Below, piece after piece: positions 1 to 9,886 of a stretch of DNA of 64,000 nucleotides (positions are counted from its first letter, which is position 1; each line of letters opens with the position of its first letter). Below the pieces are notes generated by a model. The model saw only the letters and a list, made by a program, of their open reading frames with translations. It was not told where the DNA came from and searched no databases. The position numbers were made by a program, and so were the translations under genes. Source of the DNA: Acidimicrobiales bacterium (GTDB lineage: Bacteria; Actinomycetota; Acidimicrobiia; Acidimicrobiales; VFJN01); assembly GCA_035641315.1 (NCBI GenBank), contig DASQUK010000214.1:2353-66352 (forward strand), in the 5' to 3' direction.

Positions 1-155
1 GTCGGCGTCGTTCCCAGGGCGCCGGGCTGGGGCTTGCCATCGTGCGGGCGGTCGCCGAAGCCCACGGAGGGCGGGTCGATCTCGACAGCCGGCCCGGCGC
101 CGGCGCCCGCTTCACCATCAGCATCCCGACGCACCCGCCCGAGAACCTGACATGA
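1..155 (+). CDS. sensor histidine kinase, C-terminal fragment (5' end outside window)
   Basis: Frame 3 reads ...[37 protein letters not shown]..., the G2-box/ATP-lid end of a HATPase_c domain. The TGA at 153-155 overlaps the ATG of the downstream response regulator (ATGA). Confidence 0.7.
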   Translation, partial: RRRSQGAGLGLAIVRAVAEAHGGRVDLDSRPGAGARFTISIPTHPPENLT

Positions 156-853
156 CCCGCATCCTGATCGCCGAGGACGAGGCCCGCATCGCCAGCTTCT
201 TGGAGAAGGGCCTGCGCGCTAACGGGTTCAGCACCACGGTCGTCGACGACGGTGTGGTGACGGCGGCCCTGGCCCGCGACGCGGATTTCGACCTGCTCAT
301 CTTGGACCTGGGCCTGCCGCGCCTGCACGGCCTGGAGGTACTCCGCACCCTGCGGGCCCGCGGCGAGCGTCTCCCCGTGGTCATCCTCACGGCTCGCGAC
401 GAGCTGGACACGACAGTGGCGGGGTTCGCCGGCGGTGCCGACGACTACGTCACCAAACCGTTCCGGTTCGAGGAGCTGTTGGCCCGCATCCGGGTGCGGC
501 TGCGAAGCGAGACCGCCGAGGAGATGACGTTGCTGCGGGTCGGCGCCATCACGTTGGACCTGCGCACACGGCGGGCATCGGTCGGGGACCACACGGTCGA
601 GCTGACGGCCCGAGAGTTCGCGCTAGCCGAGACGTTCCTGCGTCACCCCGACCAGGTGCTGTCGCGCGAGCAGCTCCTGTCACACGTGTGGGGCTACGAC
701 TTCGACTCCGAATCCAACATCGTCGACGTCTACGTGCGCTATCTCCGCAGGAAACTCGGCGACGACGCAATCGAGACGGTGCGGGGCATGGGCTACCGCC
801 TGGCGTCTCGCGGCTCCGGAGCGAGCTGCGACCCTCAGCCCGCCGGCCGCTGA
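152..853 (+). CDS. OmpR/PhoB-family two-component response regulator
   Basis: N-terminal receiver (RILIAEDE...LLILDLGLP...KPF) and C-terminal winged-helix ([26 protein letters not shown]...[12 protein letters not shown]...TVRGMGYRL). Translationally coupled to the upstream kinase. Confidence 0.9.
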   Translation: MTRILIAEDEARIASFLEKGLRANGFSTTVVDDGVVTAALARDADFDLLILDLGLPRLHGLEVLRTLRARGERLPVVILTARDELDTTVAGFAGGADDYVTKPFRFEELLARIRVRLRSETAEEMTLLRVGAITLDLRTRRASVGDHTVELTAREFALAETFLRHPDQVLSREQLLSHVWGYDFDSESNIVDVYVRYLRRKLGDDAIETVRGMGYRLASRGSGASCDPQPAGR

Positions 854-1075
854 CCAACCCACGACCTCGACATCGCGGGGCGTGGCGGTTGGGCGTCCGC
901 AAGTCGGCAGGGCGGCGGGCGTCGACCCTGGCTTTCGCCATGTGGATGAGAACCTCCTCATCGCTGGTTAAGCCGGGCTTCATCTGCCGCGCGCATGGTC
1001 GCCATGTGGTGGATGTTGTTCGTTGTCCGGCTGGCACCTCGGTAACAACCGCGTGAACGTCTACGGTTCCCGAGG

Positions 1076-1849
1076 ATGGCTGAGGTGAGCGGGCCATCCC
1101 CGGGCTGGGTGGTGCCGGTGGCGCGCTATGCCGCGGTGGTGCTGGGCGGCGTGACCGCCTTGGTGCTGGCCGCCAACCCGGCGACGCGCTGGTTCGCCCG
1201 GCTGCGCCGCCAGGACGATCCCGACTACCCGGACGATGTGCCCCTCCTGTTCGACGTGAACACCGAGGCGACGGTCCCCACGTGGTACTCGGCCGGGCTG
1301 TTGCTGGCGGTCGCCGCCGTCTGCGTGGTGCTTGCCGTCGTCGCGAGGGATGCGGATGGGGGCGGGGCGCGACGATGGGTGGTGCTCGGACTGGTGTTCG
1401 TGGGTATGTCGCTGGACGAGACGGTGGCGTTGCACGAACGACTCGACTCCGGCGTGACCGACACGCTGGACGTCGAGGGGACGGGCGCGCTGCGGCATCC
1501 CTGGGTCGTTGCCGGAGTGGTCTTGGCGGCGGGGCTCGCGGTCGTCACGGCCCGGGCGATCGTGACGCTGCCCCGGCACCGGCGTCGCTGGGTGGCGCTC
1601 GGTCTCGGCATCTATGTCGGTGGTGCCCTGGGTCTCGAGGCGGTGAGTGGTGTCGTGCTCGACGCCGCCGGTGAAGGCCTCGCGTACGCGGCCGTCACCT
1701 GGGCCGAGGAGGGAGCCGAGATGGTCGGCGCCCTGGTCACGTGTTGCGCACTGCTGGCCGCGCTTGACGTACGGCTGCACGACGGGGCCATCCGGGTCGC
1801 TCTGGCGGACACACGGCCCCGGGCGTCCGTGGCCCCGCCTCACGCGTAA
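1076..1849 (+). CDS. hypothetical integral membrane protein
   Basis: ORF with several hydrophobic helices (VVLGGVTALVLAA, LLLAVAAVCVVLAVV, VVLGLVFVGMSL, VVAGVVLAAGLAVV) and GC3-rich codon usage. No family recognised. Confidence 0.4.
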   Translation: MAEVSGPSPGWVVPVARYAAVVLGGVTALVLAANPATRWFARLRRQDDPDYPDDVPLLFDVNTEATVPTWYSAGLLLAVAAVCVVLAVVARDADGGGARRWVVLGLVFVGMSLDETVALHERLDSGVTDTLDVEGTGALRHPWVVAGVVLAAGLAVVTARAIVTLPRHRRRWVALGLGIYVGGALGLEAVSGVVLDAAGEGLAYAAVTWAEEGAEMVGALVTCCALLAALDVRLHDGAIRVALADTRPRASVAPPHA

Positions 1850-1852
1850 GGG

Positions 1853-3205
1853 GTGATCCGAGGGTCGGGGTGCATCGCCGGGTCGATGAGCGATCTCTCA
1901 TCGTGCTCTCAGCGCCCTCTAATGCGGCCCGCCGATCATCGGCCCATGGCAGGTGCCGACGATCGGGCCCAAGCGGCCCCTGGGCCGGGGGACCTGACCG
2001 TGAAGGCGCCGGATCCCGGCCGCGACGCGCGCGGGCTGGCGCTGCTCACCGGTCCCGATGCGGCGGGCGTGCTCGCCGCCGCCTTGCAGGTCGCGGGGGG
2101 TGAGCTGGTGTGGCGTCGGCCTCGGCAGGTGGTCTGCGAGCCTGGCCGGGGGACGACGGTGTCGTACCGCGCCCGGGTCCGGTGGCCGGAGGGTGGGATC
2201 AGGGAGGAGACGCTGGCGGCGTGCAGCGGCGACGCGCCCGCGGGCGCGCTCGTGCTCGAGGACGGCGGCGACCGGGTGGCGGTGTGGCGGTTCCCTCACG
2301 ACCCGGAGCTGCCCGGCCTGGCGGCGGCGTGCGACGAGGTCGCGGTCGCGAGCGTGCTGGAGGAGCTCGGCCTCGGGGGTGGGCCCGTCCGGATACGCAC
2401 CCGCGCGTACCGGCCGCGGCGGCGCGCGGTCATCGAAGCGATCGGCTCCCGGGGCCGCCTGTTCATCAAGGTGGTGCGGCCCGACCGGGTCGAGGCGCTG
2501 CACGACCGGCATCGGTTGTTGGTCCGCCATGGCATCCCGGCGCCCCCGAGCCTCGGCTGGACGCCACGGGGCCTCTTGGTGCTGCAGGCGCTCGCCGGCC
2601 GCACGCTGCGCCAGACCCTGCGGAGCCGTACCACGCTGATCCCCGCCGGTGGGGACATCCTCGCCCTGCTGGACCGCCTACCTGTCGAACTAGAACACGG
2701 CACGGCGCGACAGTCGTGGATCGACAAGGCGCCGCACTACGCGGCAGTGATCGGCGCGGCCCTGCCGGACGAGGCGCCGCGGGCCGCCCGGTTGGCCGAG
2801 GCGCTCACCGCCGCCGCCGGCCCCGCCTGGTACGGGCCGGTGCATGGCGACTTCTACGAGAGCCAGCTCTTGGTGGACCGTGGCCGCATCTGCGGCCTGC
2901 TCGACGTCGATACCGCGGGGCCCGGCGACAGGTTCGACGACTTGGCGTGCCTGCTCGGGCACCTGTCGGTCCTGGCCCAGATCGACCGCGACCGGGCTCC
3001 GATCATCAACCGTGCCGGCGCCGGTTACCTTCGGGCGTTCGAGGCTGTCGTTTCCCCCACCGAGCTGCGCTACCGGGTGGCCGCCGTGGTGGTGTCGCTG
3101 GCGACCGGGTCCCACCGCGTGCAGGAGCGCGGCTGGCCCGCGACGACCCGCCGCCGCCTTGACCTGGCCGAGAACTGGCTGGCGAGCGCCCGGGAGCCGC
3201 GGTGA
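1853..3205 (+). CDS. phosphotransferase (APH/choline-kinase-like) family protein; start uncertain
   Basis: C-terminal half carries the kinase-fold catalytic/Mg motifs HGDFYESQLLV...GLLDVDTAGPGDRFDDLACLLGHL. The first ~60 codons are low-complexity, so the true start may lie downstream. Confidence 0.6.
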   Translation: MIRGSGCIAGSMSDLSSCSQRPLMRPADHRPMAGADDRAQAAPGPGDLTVKAPDPGRDARGLALLTGPDAAGVLAAALQVAGGELVWRRPRQVVCEPGRGTTVSYRARVRWPEGGIREETLAACSGDAPAGALVLEDGGDRVAVWRFPHDPELPGLAAACDEVAVASVLEELGLGGGPVRIRTRAYRPRRRAVIEAIGSRGRLFIKVVRPDRVEALHDRHRLLVRHGIPAPPSLGWTPRGLLVLQALAGRTLRQTLRSRTTLIPAGGDILALLDRLPVELEHGTARQSWIDKAPHYAAVIGAALPDEAPRAARLAEALTAAAGPAWYGPVHGDFYESQLLVDRGRICGLLDVDTAGPGDRFDDLACLLGHLSVLAQIDRDRAPIINRAGAGYLRAFEAVVSPTELRYRVAAVVVSLATGSHRVQERGWPATTRRRLDLAENWLASAREPR

Positions 3206-3317
3206 CCGCAGATGAGCGACATCTCACCGCCAGCTCAGGCCGGTCTCATGACCGTCCCCGACGATGGCATCCAACCGAGCGGACCCAAGACCGCTCAGGC
3301 CACGAAGGAGACAGATC

Positions 3318-3824
3318 ATGCCCATCACCCGTCCCTGGAAGATCGTGGGAGCCGCAACCGCCGTCGCGGGTCTCGGCATCGCCGGCGCCAGCGCTGGCCC
3401 CGACGGCATCGACCTCCAGGACCGGACCGACCCGGTGGCGCTGACGTCGGCTCCTGCTGCCGTTCACGGCGCCCCGGCCGACACCGACGATTCTCCCGAG
3501 TCGGCGGACAGCCCGGCCAGCTCGGCGGCCGACTCTGCCGATTCGCCCAACGACAGCCCGGGCGACCCCGGTTGGGTCGACCCTTCGCCCGAGTCGGCGG
3601 ACAGCCCGGCCAGCTCGGCGGCCGACTCTGCCGATTCGCCCAACGACAGCCCGGGCGATCCGGGCTGGGTCGACCCCTCGCCCGAGTCGGCGGACAGCCC
3701 CGGTGACTCGCCCTTCGACAGCCCGGCGCCGCTGCCGCCTCCTGCGCCCGCACCGGTGTCAGCAGATAGCCCACCCTCAGCCGTGTCGGCCGATTCGCCG
3801 GAGTCCGCTGCCTCAGACGACTGA
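3318..3824 (+). CDS. secreted acidic 'DSP'-repeat protein
   Basis: ATG at 3318 with GAAGGAG 7 nt upstream. Signal-peptide-like N-terminus (MPITRPWKIVGAATAVAGLGIAGASA), then about 15 copies of an xDSP motif including two 31-aa tandem units. Confidence 0.6.
   Translation: MPITRPWKIVGAATAVAGLGIAGASAGPDGIDLQDRTDPVALTSAPAAVHGAPADTDDSPESADSPASSAADSADSPNDSPGDPGWVDPSPESADSPASSAADSADSPNDSPGDPGWVDPSPESADSPGDSPFDSPAPLPPPAPAPVSADSPPSAVSADSPESAASDD
3495..3702 (+). repeat. 93-bp in-frame tandem repeat, about 2.2 copies
   Basis: Units starting at 3495, 3588 and 3681 (cccgagtcggcggacagcccggccagctcggcggccgactctgccgattcgcccaacgacagcccgggcga...). Copies 1 and 2 differ only by a few synonymous changes; copy 3 diverges after about 20 nt. 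Confidence 0.85.
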
Positions 3825-4007
3825 GGTCCGCCGCCAAGCGGCTCCGCGACGCCCGCAGCCCGGCCCCTCCCGCCGGCCGGGCTGCGGCGCGCTACGGCGA
3901 GAACGACCGCGGGCCAAGCGGCGCTGGGGTCGCTTGGCCCGGCTGGGCTATCCGCGGCGGCGTGCACGCCGCGCTCCGCTTCCGGTGTGCGATAGGGCGG
4001 TCGGGTC

Positions 4008-5711
4008 ATGACCGCGCAGCCGCATGAGCCCGTGACCCGGCGCCGTCGTGGGGGTGGTGGGTCGGCTCTGGTGGGGGCCGGGATCCTCCTGTCGAGGGTG
4101 ACGGGGTTGGTGCGCGAGCGAGCTGTCGGCCACTTCTTCGGGACGGGGTACGCCGCTGACGCGTTCACCGCCGCGCATCGGATCCCCAACGTGCTGCAGA
4201 GCCTGCTCGGCGAGGGTGTGCTCTCGGCGTCGATCATCCCGACCTATAGCCGGCTGTTGGCGGAGGGTCGAGAAGGTGACGCGGGCCGTGTCGCTGGCGC
4301 GGTCGCGGGACTGCTGGCTGCCCTTGTGGGCAGCCTGGTTCTGCTGATGGTTGCCTTCGCGCGTCCGGTGACTGCAGTCCTGGCCCCCGGCCTGGGTGAG
4401 GACACGTTCGAGCTCACGGTGACGCTGATGCGGATCATCACGCCGGCGATCGGGATGCTCGTGCTGTCGGCGTGGTGCCTCGGCGTCCTCAACAGCCACA
4501 GGAAGTTCTTCCTCTCCTACGTCGCGCCCGCCCTGATGAATGTGGCCCAAGTGGTGGTGCTCGTCGCCGCCGCGTCGGTCGTCGTCGGCGACCTGAGCGG
4601 GGATGTGGGCACAGCGGCGCAGTCGTCGCTGGTTGTGTGGCTGGCGTGGGGCACGGTGATCGGCGGGGTCATGCAATTCGCCGTGCAGGTTCCAACGGTG
4701 CTGCGGGTTGCTCCCGGTCTGCGGTTCAGCATGCGCACGGGCGACACCGGGACTCGGGAGGTCATCAGGTCGTTCGTGCCCATCGTCGCCGGTCGAGGTG
4801 TCGTTCATCTCAGCGGCTTCCTCCAGCTCATTCTGGCCAGCTTCCTGGCGCTCGGTGCACTGGCGGCGATGCGGTACGCACAGATGCTGTACGTACTTCC
4901 GGTGAGCTTGTTCGGCATGGCCGTCGCTGCCGCCGAGCTCCCCGAGCTGTCGAGCATCGGTGCGGGCCGAGAGGACGTGCTGCGGGCCCGCGTGGGGTCT
5001 GGCCTGGCGCGCATCGTGTTCTTCGTGGCCCCCACGATGGTCGCCTACGTCGTCGTCGGCGACTTCCTGGTGGCGGCGTTGTACCAGAGCGGGGAGTTCG
5101 ATCGGGCCGACGTCGTGCAGGTGTGGATCATCCTCGCGGTGCACGCCCTCGGGTTGCTGGCCACCACCGGGTCCCGACTGCTGCAGTCCGTCCTGTACGG
5201 CTTGGGACGACCCCGCACACCGGCCCGCGTCGCGGTGGTGCGGGTGGCGGTCTCCCTGGCGCTGGGGCTGGTGCTCATGTTCCAGTTCGACCGCCTGGTG
5301 ATCGAGCCCGACGGACTCGAACAGGTTGGGGACCTCCCTGCCTTCGCGCCGTTGCCCGAGCGGTTTCGGGACCCGGCTGGCGTGCAGGGCCAACATCACC
5401 TGGGCGGGGTCGGCCTGGCGGTCGCGGCCGCAGCCGCCTCGCTGATCGAGTACCGGATGTTGCGCTGCGCCGTCCGATCACACGTGGCCGAGGTCACCAT
5501 GGTCGGTGGCCGACTGCGCCTGACGCTGGTCGCCGCCGCCATCAGTGGGGTGGCAGGCGTCGCCGTCCGACCCATCGCGGCCGGCTTGGTGCCGATCGCG
5601 GCCGGGCTGGTCGTCGTCGCCGTCGTTGGCGTGGTCTATCTCGGTGCCGCGTGGCGCCTCGGGGTACCCGAAGCCCGGCGGATCGTTCAGTTCGTCTCTC
5701 GCCGCCCTTGA
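4008..5711 (+). CDS. murJ: lipid II flippase MurJ/MviN
   Basis: N-terminal signature ILLSRVTGLVRERAVGHFFGTGYAADAFTAAHRIPNVLQSLLGEGVLSASIIPTYSRLL and about 14 hydrophobic segments. Confidence 0.85.
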   Translation: MTAQPHEPVTRRRRGGGGSALVGAGILLSRVTGLVRERAVGHFFGTGYAADAFTAAHRIPNVLQSLLGEGVLSASIIPTYSRLLAEGREGDAGRVAGAVAGLLAALVGSLVLLMVAFARPVTAVLAPGLGEDTFELTVTLMRIITPAIGMLVLSAWCLGVLNSHRKFFLSYVAPALMNVAQVVVLVAAASVVVGDLSGDVGTAAQSSLVVWLAWGTVIGGVMQFAVQVPTVLRVAPGLRFSMRTGDTGTREVIRSFVPIVAGRGVVHLSGFLQLILASFLALGALAAMRYAQMLYVLPVSLFGMAVAAAELPELSSIGAGREDVLRARVGSGLARIVFFVAPTMVAYVVVGDFLVAALYQSGEFDRADVVQVWIILAVHALGLLATTGSRLLQSVLYGLGRPRTPARVAVVRVAVSLALGLVLMFQFDRLVIEPDGLEQVGDLPAFAPLPERFRDPAGVQGQHHLGGVGLAVAAAAASLIEYRMLRCAVRSHVAEVTMVGGRLRLTLVAAAISGVAGVAVRPIAAGLVPIAAGLVVVAVVGVVYLGAAWRLGVPEARRIVQFVSRRP

Positions 5712-5744
5712 CCGGTGCTGACTCCGGACCCTGAGAAGCTGAGC

Positions 5745-6482
5745 TCAATTCGGGGCCGCCCGGCGCACGATCGCGATCGGGGTCGACTGGTCGCGCTGGC
5801 CCAATGGGTTGTCGGCCATCACCTCAGCCAGCAGCCGTTTGGACATGACCGAGCCTGCGACCGCTCGCACCGAGCCCCCGCGGTCGTTCATGTCGACGAT
5901 GGCCACCGGGTGGCCGAGCTCGGTGGTGAGCTGCTCGGCGATCGCGTGAGCGATCGGTGGCGACAGGGGCGGCAGCAGCATGTCGCCGTAAGGAGGCCGC
6001 ATGCCATCCATCGACCGGGCGACGTAGCCGGCGACGACGTAAAAGGCCCCGTGGATCCCCAGCGGGCGAGTCATGGCCCCGGCGGCGATCGCGGCAAGCA
6101 CCCGCCACCGGCCGGCGGTATCGATCACTAGCTGCGCCTTCTCGGGAATGCTCAATCCCCGCGAGTTGCCCACCGGCCGCACGTGCGCGGCCACGAACCG
6201 CGCCAAGCGCCCGGGGCGCACCGTCGCCGCCGGAACCCCCCGCCCGGTCGTCACCACGACCACCTTCTCAGTGACAGCAAGGAGGTCTCCAGGCCCAAGC
6301 CGCCCGACCACGCAGTCCCGAAGAAAGCCGGCCAGGTCAAGCCCTGGAGCCAGCCACGGCGTGCACACCACCATCCGTTCGAACCGCTCCCCACCGACCG
6401 ACACCGTCGAGACGAACGTGTCCCCAGGCTCGAGCGGACCAGCAAGCCGCAGCGGAGACCGCGTCGCGCGCACCGATCTCAC
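5745..6482 (-). CDS. F420-0:gamma-glutamyl ligase (CofE)-like family protein (tentative)
   Basis: GDLLAVTEKVVVVTTGRGV..., VAIVDMNDRGG..., DNPLGQRDQSTPIAIVRR resemble the CofE/FbiB N-domain layout from memory. GTG at 6482 is preceded by GGAG. The Arg-rich upstream part of the 318-aa ORF looks non-coding. Confidence 0.4.
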   Translation of the reverse strand: MRSVRATRSPLRLAGPLEPGDTFVSTVSVGGERFERMVVCTPWLAPGLDLAGFLRDCVVGRLGPGDLLAVTEKVVVVTTGRGVPAATVRPGRLARFVAAHVRPVGNSRGLSIPEKAQLVIDTAGRWRVLAAIAAGAMTRPLGIHGAFYVVAGYVARSMDGMRPPYGDMLLPPLSPPIAHAIAEQLTTELGHPVAIVDMNDRGGSVRAVAGSVMSKRLLAEVMADNPLGQRDQSTPIAIVRRAAPN

Positions 6483-6960
6483 GAGACTCCGATGTGACCT
6501 GTGACCAAGACCCGGCCAACGGTGAAGCGTCGAGAAACGGCGGCGGCAACGTGCGGCTGATCGTGCAGACGCGCGCAGCCGCCAGCGCGACTGTTGGCGG
6601 CCACTTCCTCGGGCCAAGCCTCGGAGCGCGACCTGCGCATGGCCGTGACTCTGCAACCGCCGCATGAGACAACCATGAACCCGCCATGAGAAAGCCCTCA
6701 CCGGCGCTTCCGAACAGCTCCCGACGCGACACGCGCCGCAACGCGCGAGTCAGCAGGAAGCCCACCCGCTTCTCTGCCAGATCGACCGCGGCCCAGCCTC
6801 ATCGAGCATGGGCGTCAACCCCATCCCTGCGCCGGTGGGGTTCAGACGGCTCGCGTGCGACCCGACCGTTGTCCTGCCGCGCCAGAACCACGGCCTGCTG
6901 CTTCCTGTGACGTGTCGGACTGTACCGTCTACCGACCGTGATGCCGTTGGCGCAGGCTCC

Positions 6961-7593
6961 TCACAGCTCGATGCCCAGACCACGCTCGAGCCCGTGCTCC
7001 AGGTGCGGTTGGTTGATTCGCTCGATCATCTGGACTGTTTTCACGGCCGCGTTCCATTCTTGGTACTGGGTCCCGTCCAGGGGCGGCTGGTGGATGTCCC
7101 CCGGCTCGATGCACCAATGTTCGCGGTAGGCCTCGACGCGACCCGCAAGCCGGGACCAGCGCTCCCGGCCAGCGCCGTCCTCGGGTACGGGCCCGATGAG
7201 TTGGACGAGGTGGTCTGGCTGGGTGGAGACGGCGTCGGCGCCGAGCGCAGCGCGACGGGCGGTCACCTGGGCGGCGAGCTGGTCGCGGTAGACGAAGGTG
7301 TCACCGTGTTGCTCGAGCCAGGCCGCGCGTCGATCTGCCATCGCTTCGAGTTCGCGTTGGCGTTCGTCGAGACCCTGGAGCAGCCGGCGGTCGTCTCGGC
7401 AAGACTGGGTCAGGAGGCGGGGCCGGGCGTGCTGCTCGAGACGCTGGGCGGCGCGCCGCGAGTCGCTGTAGATCGATGGTGGGGTCGGGTGGCCTCTCGC
7501 GGGCGATCCACGCGTCGAGGTTGGCCAGCCGTGGCGCGAGCACTGCGAGTGAACGCCCCATGCTTGTGACCTGGGCGTTTCCGCTGCAAGCAA
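6961..7593 (-). pseudogene. orphan ORF resembling the C-terminal tail of a conjugative relaxase/helicase; probable gene remnant
   Basis: ...LIGPVPEDGAGRERWSRLAGRVEAYREHWCIEPGD... is reminiscent of the tails of actinobacterial MobF/TraA-type proteins, which are normally far longer. The ORF begins directly at the tRNA-Gln 3' end. Local sequence is visibly less GC-biased than its neighbours. Confidence 0.3.
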
Positions 7594-7595
7594 TG

Positions 7596-7667
7596 CTCGG
7601 GGGGGAGGACTCGAACCCCCAATGACAGGGCCAGAACCTGTTGTGTTGCCGATTACACCACCCCCGA
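7596..7667 (-). tRNA. tRNA-Gln (anticodon CUG), CCA not encoded
   Basis: Hand-folded cloverleaf: acceptor UCGGGGG/CCCCCGA with U1-A72 and discriminator G73, D stem GUGU/ACAC, anticodon stem ACAGG/CCUGU with loop UUCUGGC, T arm GGGGG-UUCGAGU-CCUCC. Confidence 0.9.
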
Positions 7668-7711
7668 AAGGCGAAGCGACACCCTATCCGGCTCCGGCCG
7701 CGAATCGCACG

Positions 7712-8395
7712 TCAATCCTCGACCTGGGCGTCGAGGTCGACCAGGCGGCGAAAGCCGATGATGCGCCCGACCGCGACGGCTGCCGTCTCCTCGACGTAGT
7801 CGCGCAGCGACCCGCCGTTGCCGGTGGGTGACACCGAGGCATCGAGGCCGAGCTCGTCGGCGATGGCCTGGACCCGCAGGGCGTGGTAGCCGTCGGTGAC
7901 GAGCACGACGTCGGTCATGCCCACGTCGCGCAGGATGCGGGCGGACGCCGCCAGCGACTCCCACGTGTTGGTGCCCTGGACCTCGCGCAGCAGGTCGGCA
8001 TCGGGGACCCCCGCCGCCAGCAGGTAGTCGGCGCTGGCGGTCGCCTCCGTGCAGCGGTCCCCCTCCTGCCTGCCGCCCGTGACCACGATGGTGCCCGCGG
8101 TGCCTGCTTGGTACAGCTCGAGGGCATGGTCCAACCGCTCCTGCAGGACTGGCGACGGCCGACAGTCGTACTGCGCCGCCCCCAGGACCACGATGGCCTC
8201 AGCCGAGTGATCACCGTCACGCCGGCTCGCCATCCACACCTGCACGAACGTGACCATCACGTAGGCGACGAGCAGCAGGCCGACCAACAGCAGGCCCCGC
8301 CAGACGTAGCGCCGGCGGGACCGCGGGCGCCGAGCCGGCGAGTTGCCGGCGGGCGTCCCCTCGGTCGACTGCCGGACCGTGGACGTCGGCGTCAC
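7712..8395 (-). CDS. DUF218 (YdcF/SanA/ElyC-like) membrane-anchored protein
   Basis: TM helix (LLLVGLLLVAYVMVTFV), then AIVVLGAAQYD...LDHALELYQAG...IVVTGG...DVVLVTDGYHALR. The GTG at 8395 overlaps the gltX stop (GTGA). Confidence 0.75.
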   Translation of the reverse strand: MTPTSTVRQSTEGTPAGNSPARRPRSRRRYVWRGLLLVGLLLVAYVMVTFVQVWMASRRDGDHSAEAIVVLGAAQYDCRPSPVLQERLDHALELYQAGTAGTIVVTGGRQEGDRCTEATASADYLLAAGVPDADLLREVQGTNTWESLAASARILRDVGMTDVVLVTDGYHALRVQAIADELGLDASVSPTGNGGSLRDYVEETAAVAVGRIIGFRRLVDLDAQVED

Positions 8396-9807
8396 AGCTT
8401 CGCCCGCGCCGCCCGCAGCCGCTCGAGCGTGCGCTCGCGCCCCAGCACCACCAGCGACTCGTACAGCGGGGGCCCCACCATCCGACCCGTGACCGCCACC
8501 CGCACCGAGGTCTGCGCCTTGGACATCTGCACCTGGCCCTCGGAGTTGACGAAGCCGGCGGACCGCGCGGCGCCGTGGAGCGCCGCCTCGATGGCGCCGG
8601 CCTCCCAGTCGCAGGACGACAGGCCGGCGACGGCGGCGTCGAGCATGGCCGCGGCCCGCTCCCCCGGCTTGACCACGCCCTTCTGCCACGACGCATCGTC
8701 GATCTCGCCCTCGATCGATTCCAGGCGCAGGAAGTCGACCATCGGCTCGACCTCCGTGAGCAGCCGCACGCGCTCCTGCACCAGCGAGGCGATGGGACGC
8801 AGCACCGCCTCGGTGGCGTCGGCGTGGGCGAAGAAGCGGCGAGCCCGCTCGACGAAGGCGCCGACGTCGAGCGCGCGGATGTACTCGGCGTTGAAGTGCT
8901 GCAGCTTGCGGACGTCGAAGAACGCCGGCGACTGGGTCACGTCCGACAGCCGAAACAGCTCGCTGATCTCGACCAGCGGCCGGATCTCCACCCCGTCGGG
9001 CGGCCCCCAGCCCAGCGTCGCCAGGTAGTTGACCATGGCCTCAGGCAGGTAGCCCCGGTCGCGGAAGTCGGCCACCGACACCGCATCGCGGCGCTTGGAC
9101 AGCTTCTTGCGCTGCTCGTTGACCAGCACCGGCAGGTGGGCGAACGCCGGTCGATAGCCCAGGCCCAACGCATCGCCGATGAGGAGGTACTTGGGCGTGC
9201 CGTTGACGTGCTCCTCGCCGCGTACCACGTGGGTGATGCCCATGTCGGCGTCGTCGACGATGTTGGCCAGCAGGAACGTGGGCGTGCCGTTCGACCGCAG
9301 GACCACGAAGTCCTCGAGCTTGGCGTTGTCGAAGGTGACCGTGCCACGCACCAGGTCGTCGAACGTGGTGGATCCGTCGTCAGGGCTGCGGAACCGCAGG
9401 GCGGTTGTCGGCCCCCGCTCAAGCCCCCGGTCGCGGCAGAAGCCGTCGTACCCGGGCGGACCGCCCCGTTCCTTGGCTCGGGCCTGCACCTGGTCGGGCG
9501 TGCAGTCGCACCAGTAGGCTCGCCCTCCCGCCAGCAGCTTGTCGGCTGCGGCAGTGTAGAGGTCGAGGCGCTCGGACTGGTGGACGGGGTCGCCGTCCCA
9601 CCGCAGCCCCAGCCACTCGATCATCTCGACGATGTTGTCGGTGAGCTCGGGCCGGTTGCGTTCGACGTCGGTGTCCTCGATGCGCAACAGCATCTGGCCG
9701 CCTTCGCGGCGGGCGACGAGCCAGTTGAACAGCGCCGTGCGCGCGCCGCCCACGTGCAGGTAGCCCGTGGGCGAGGGCGCGAACCGGAGACGGGGGGGCG
9801 GCGACAT
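8392..9807 (-). CDS. gltX: glutamate--tRNA ligase
   Basis: RFAPSPTGYLHVGGARTALFNWL (HIGH-type motif) and KLSKRRD (KMSKS-type motif); class I GluRS layout. Confidence 0.95.
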   Translation of the reverse strand: MSPPPRLRFAPSPTGYLHVGGARTALFNWLVARREGGQMLLRIEDTDVERNRPELTDNIVEMIEWLGLRWDGDPVHQSERLDLYTAAADKLLAGGRAYWCDCTPDQVQARAKERGGPPGYDGFCRDRGLERGPTTALRFRSPDDGSTTFDDLVRGTVTFDNAKLEDFVVLRSNGTPTFLLANIVDDADMGITHVVRGEEHVNGTPKYLLIGDALGLGYRPAFAHLPVLVNEQRKKLSKRRDAVSVADFRDRGYLPEAMVNYLATLGWGPPDGVEIRPLVEISELFRLSDVTQSPAFFDVRKLQHFNAEYIRALDVGAFVERARRFFAHADATEAVLRPIASLVQERVRLLTEVEPMVDFLRLESIEGEIDDASWQKGVVKPGERAAAMLDAAVAGLSSCDWEAGAIEAALHGAARSAGFVNSEGQVQMSKAQTSVRVAVTGRMVGPPLYESLVVLGRERTLERLRAARAKL

Positions 9808-9886
9808 CGGTCGCCTCAGGCTATCCCTCCCCTATGACAGGACCGGATGCGGGCAGTCCGCTGCGCCGCGTCGGCGCCCGGGTGGA

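Noticed and set aside
3495-3702. Tandem repeats (and the dispersed REP copies) considered as a possible CRISPR array
   Set aside because: The 93-bp units are contiguous with no spacers, lie in frame within a coding sequence, and translate to a coherent repeat protein. The REP-A copies are kilobases apart. No cas genes are present in the window.
6808-7569. 253-aa + strand ORF opposite the relaxase-like fragment
   Set aside because: No recognisable motifs were found. The minus-strand frame at least shows a coherent helical, charged sequence with a plausible family resemblance. The region may contain no functional gene at all.
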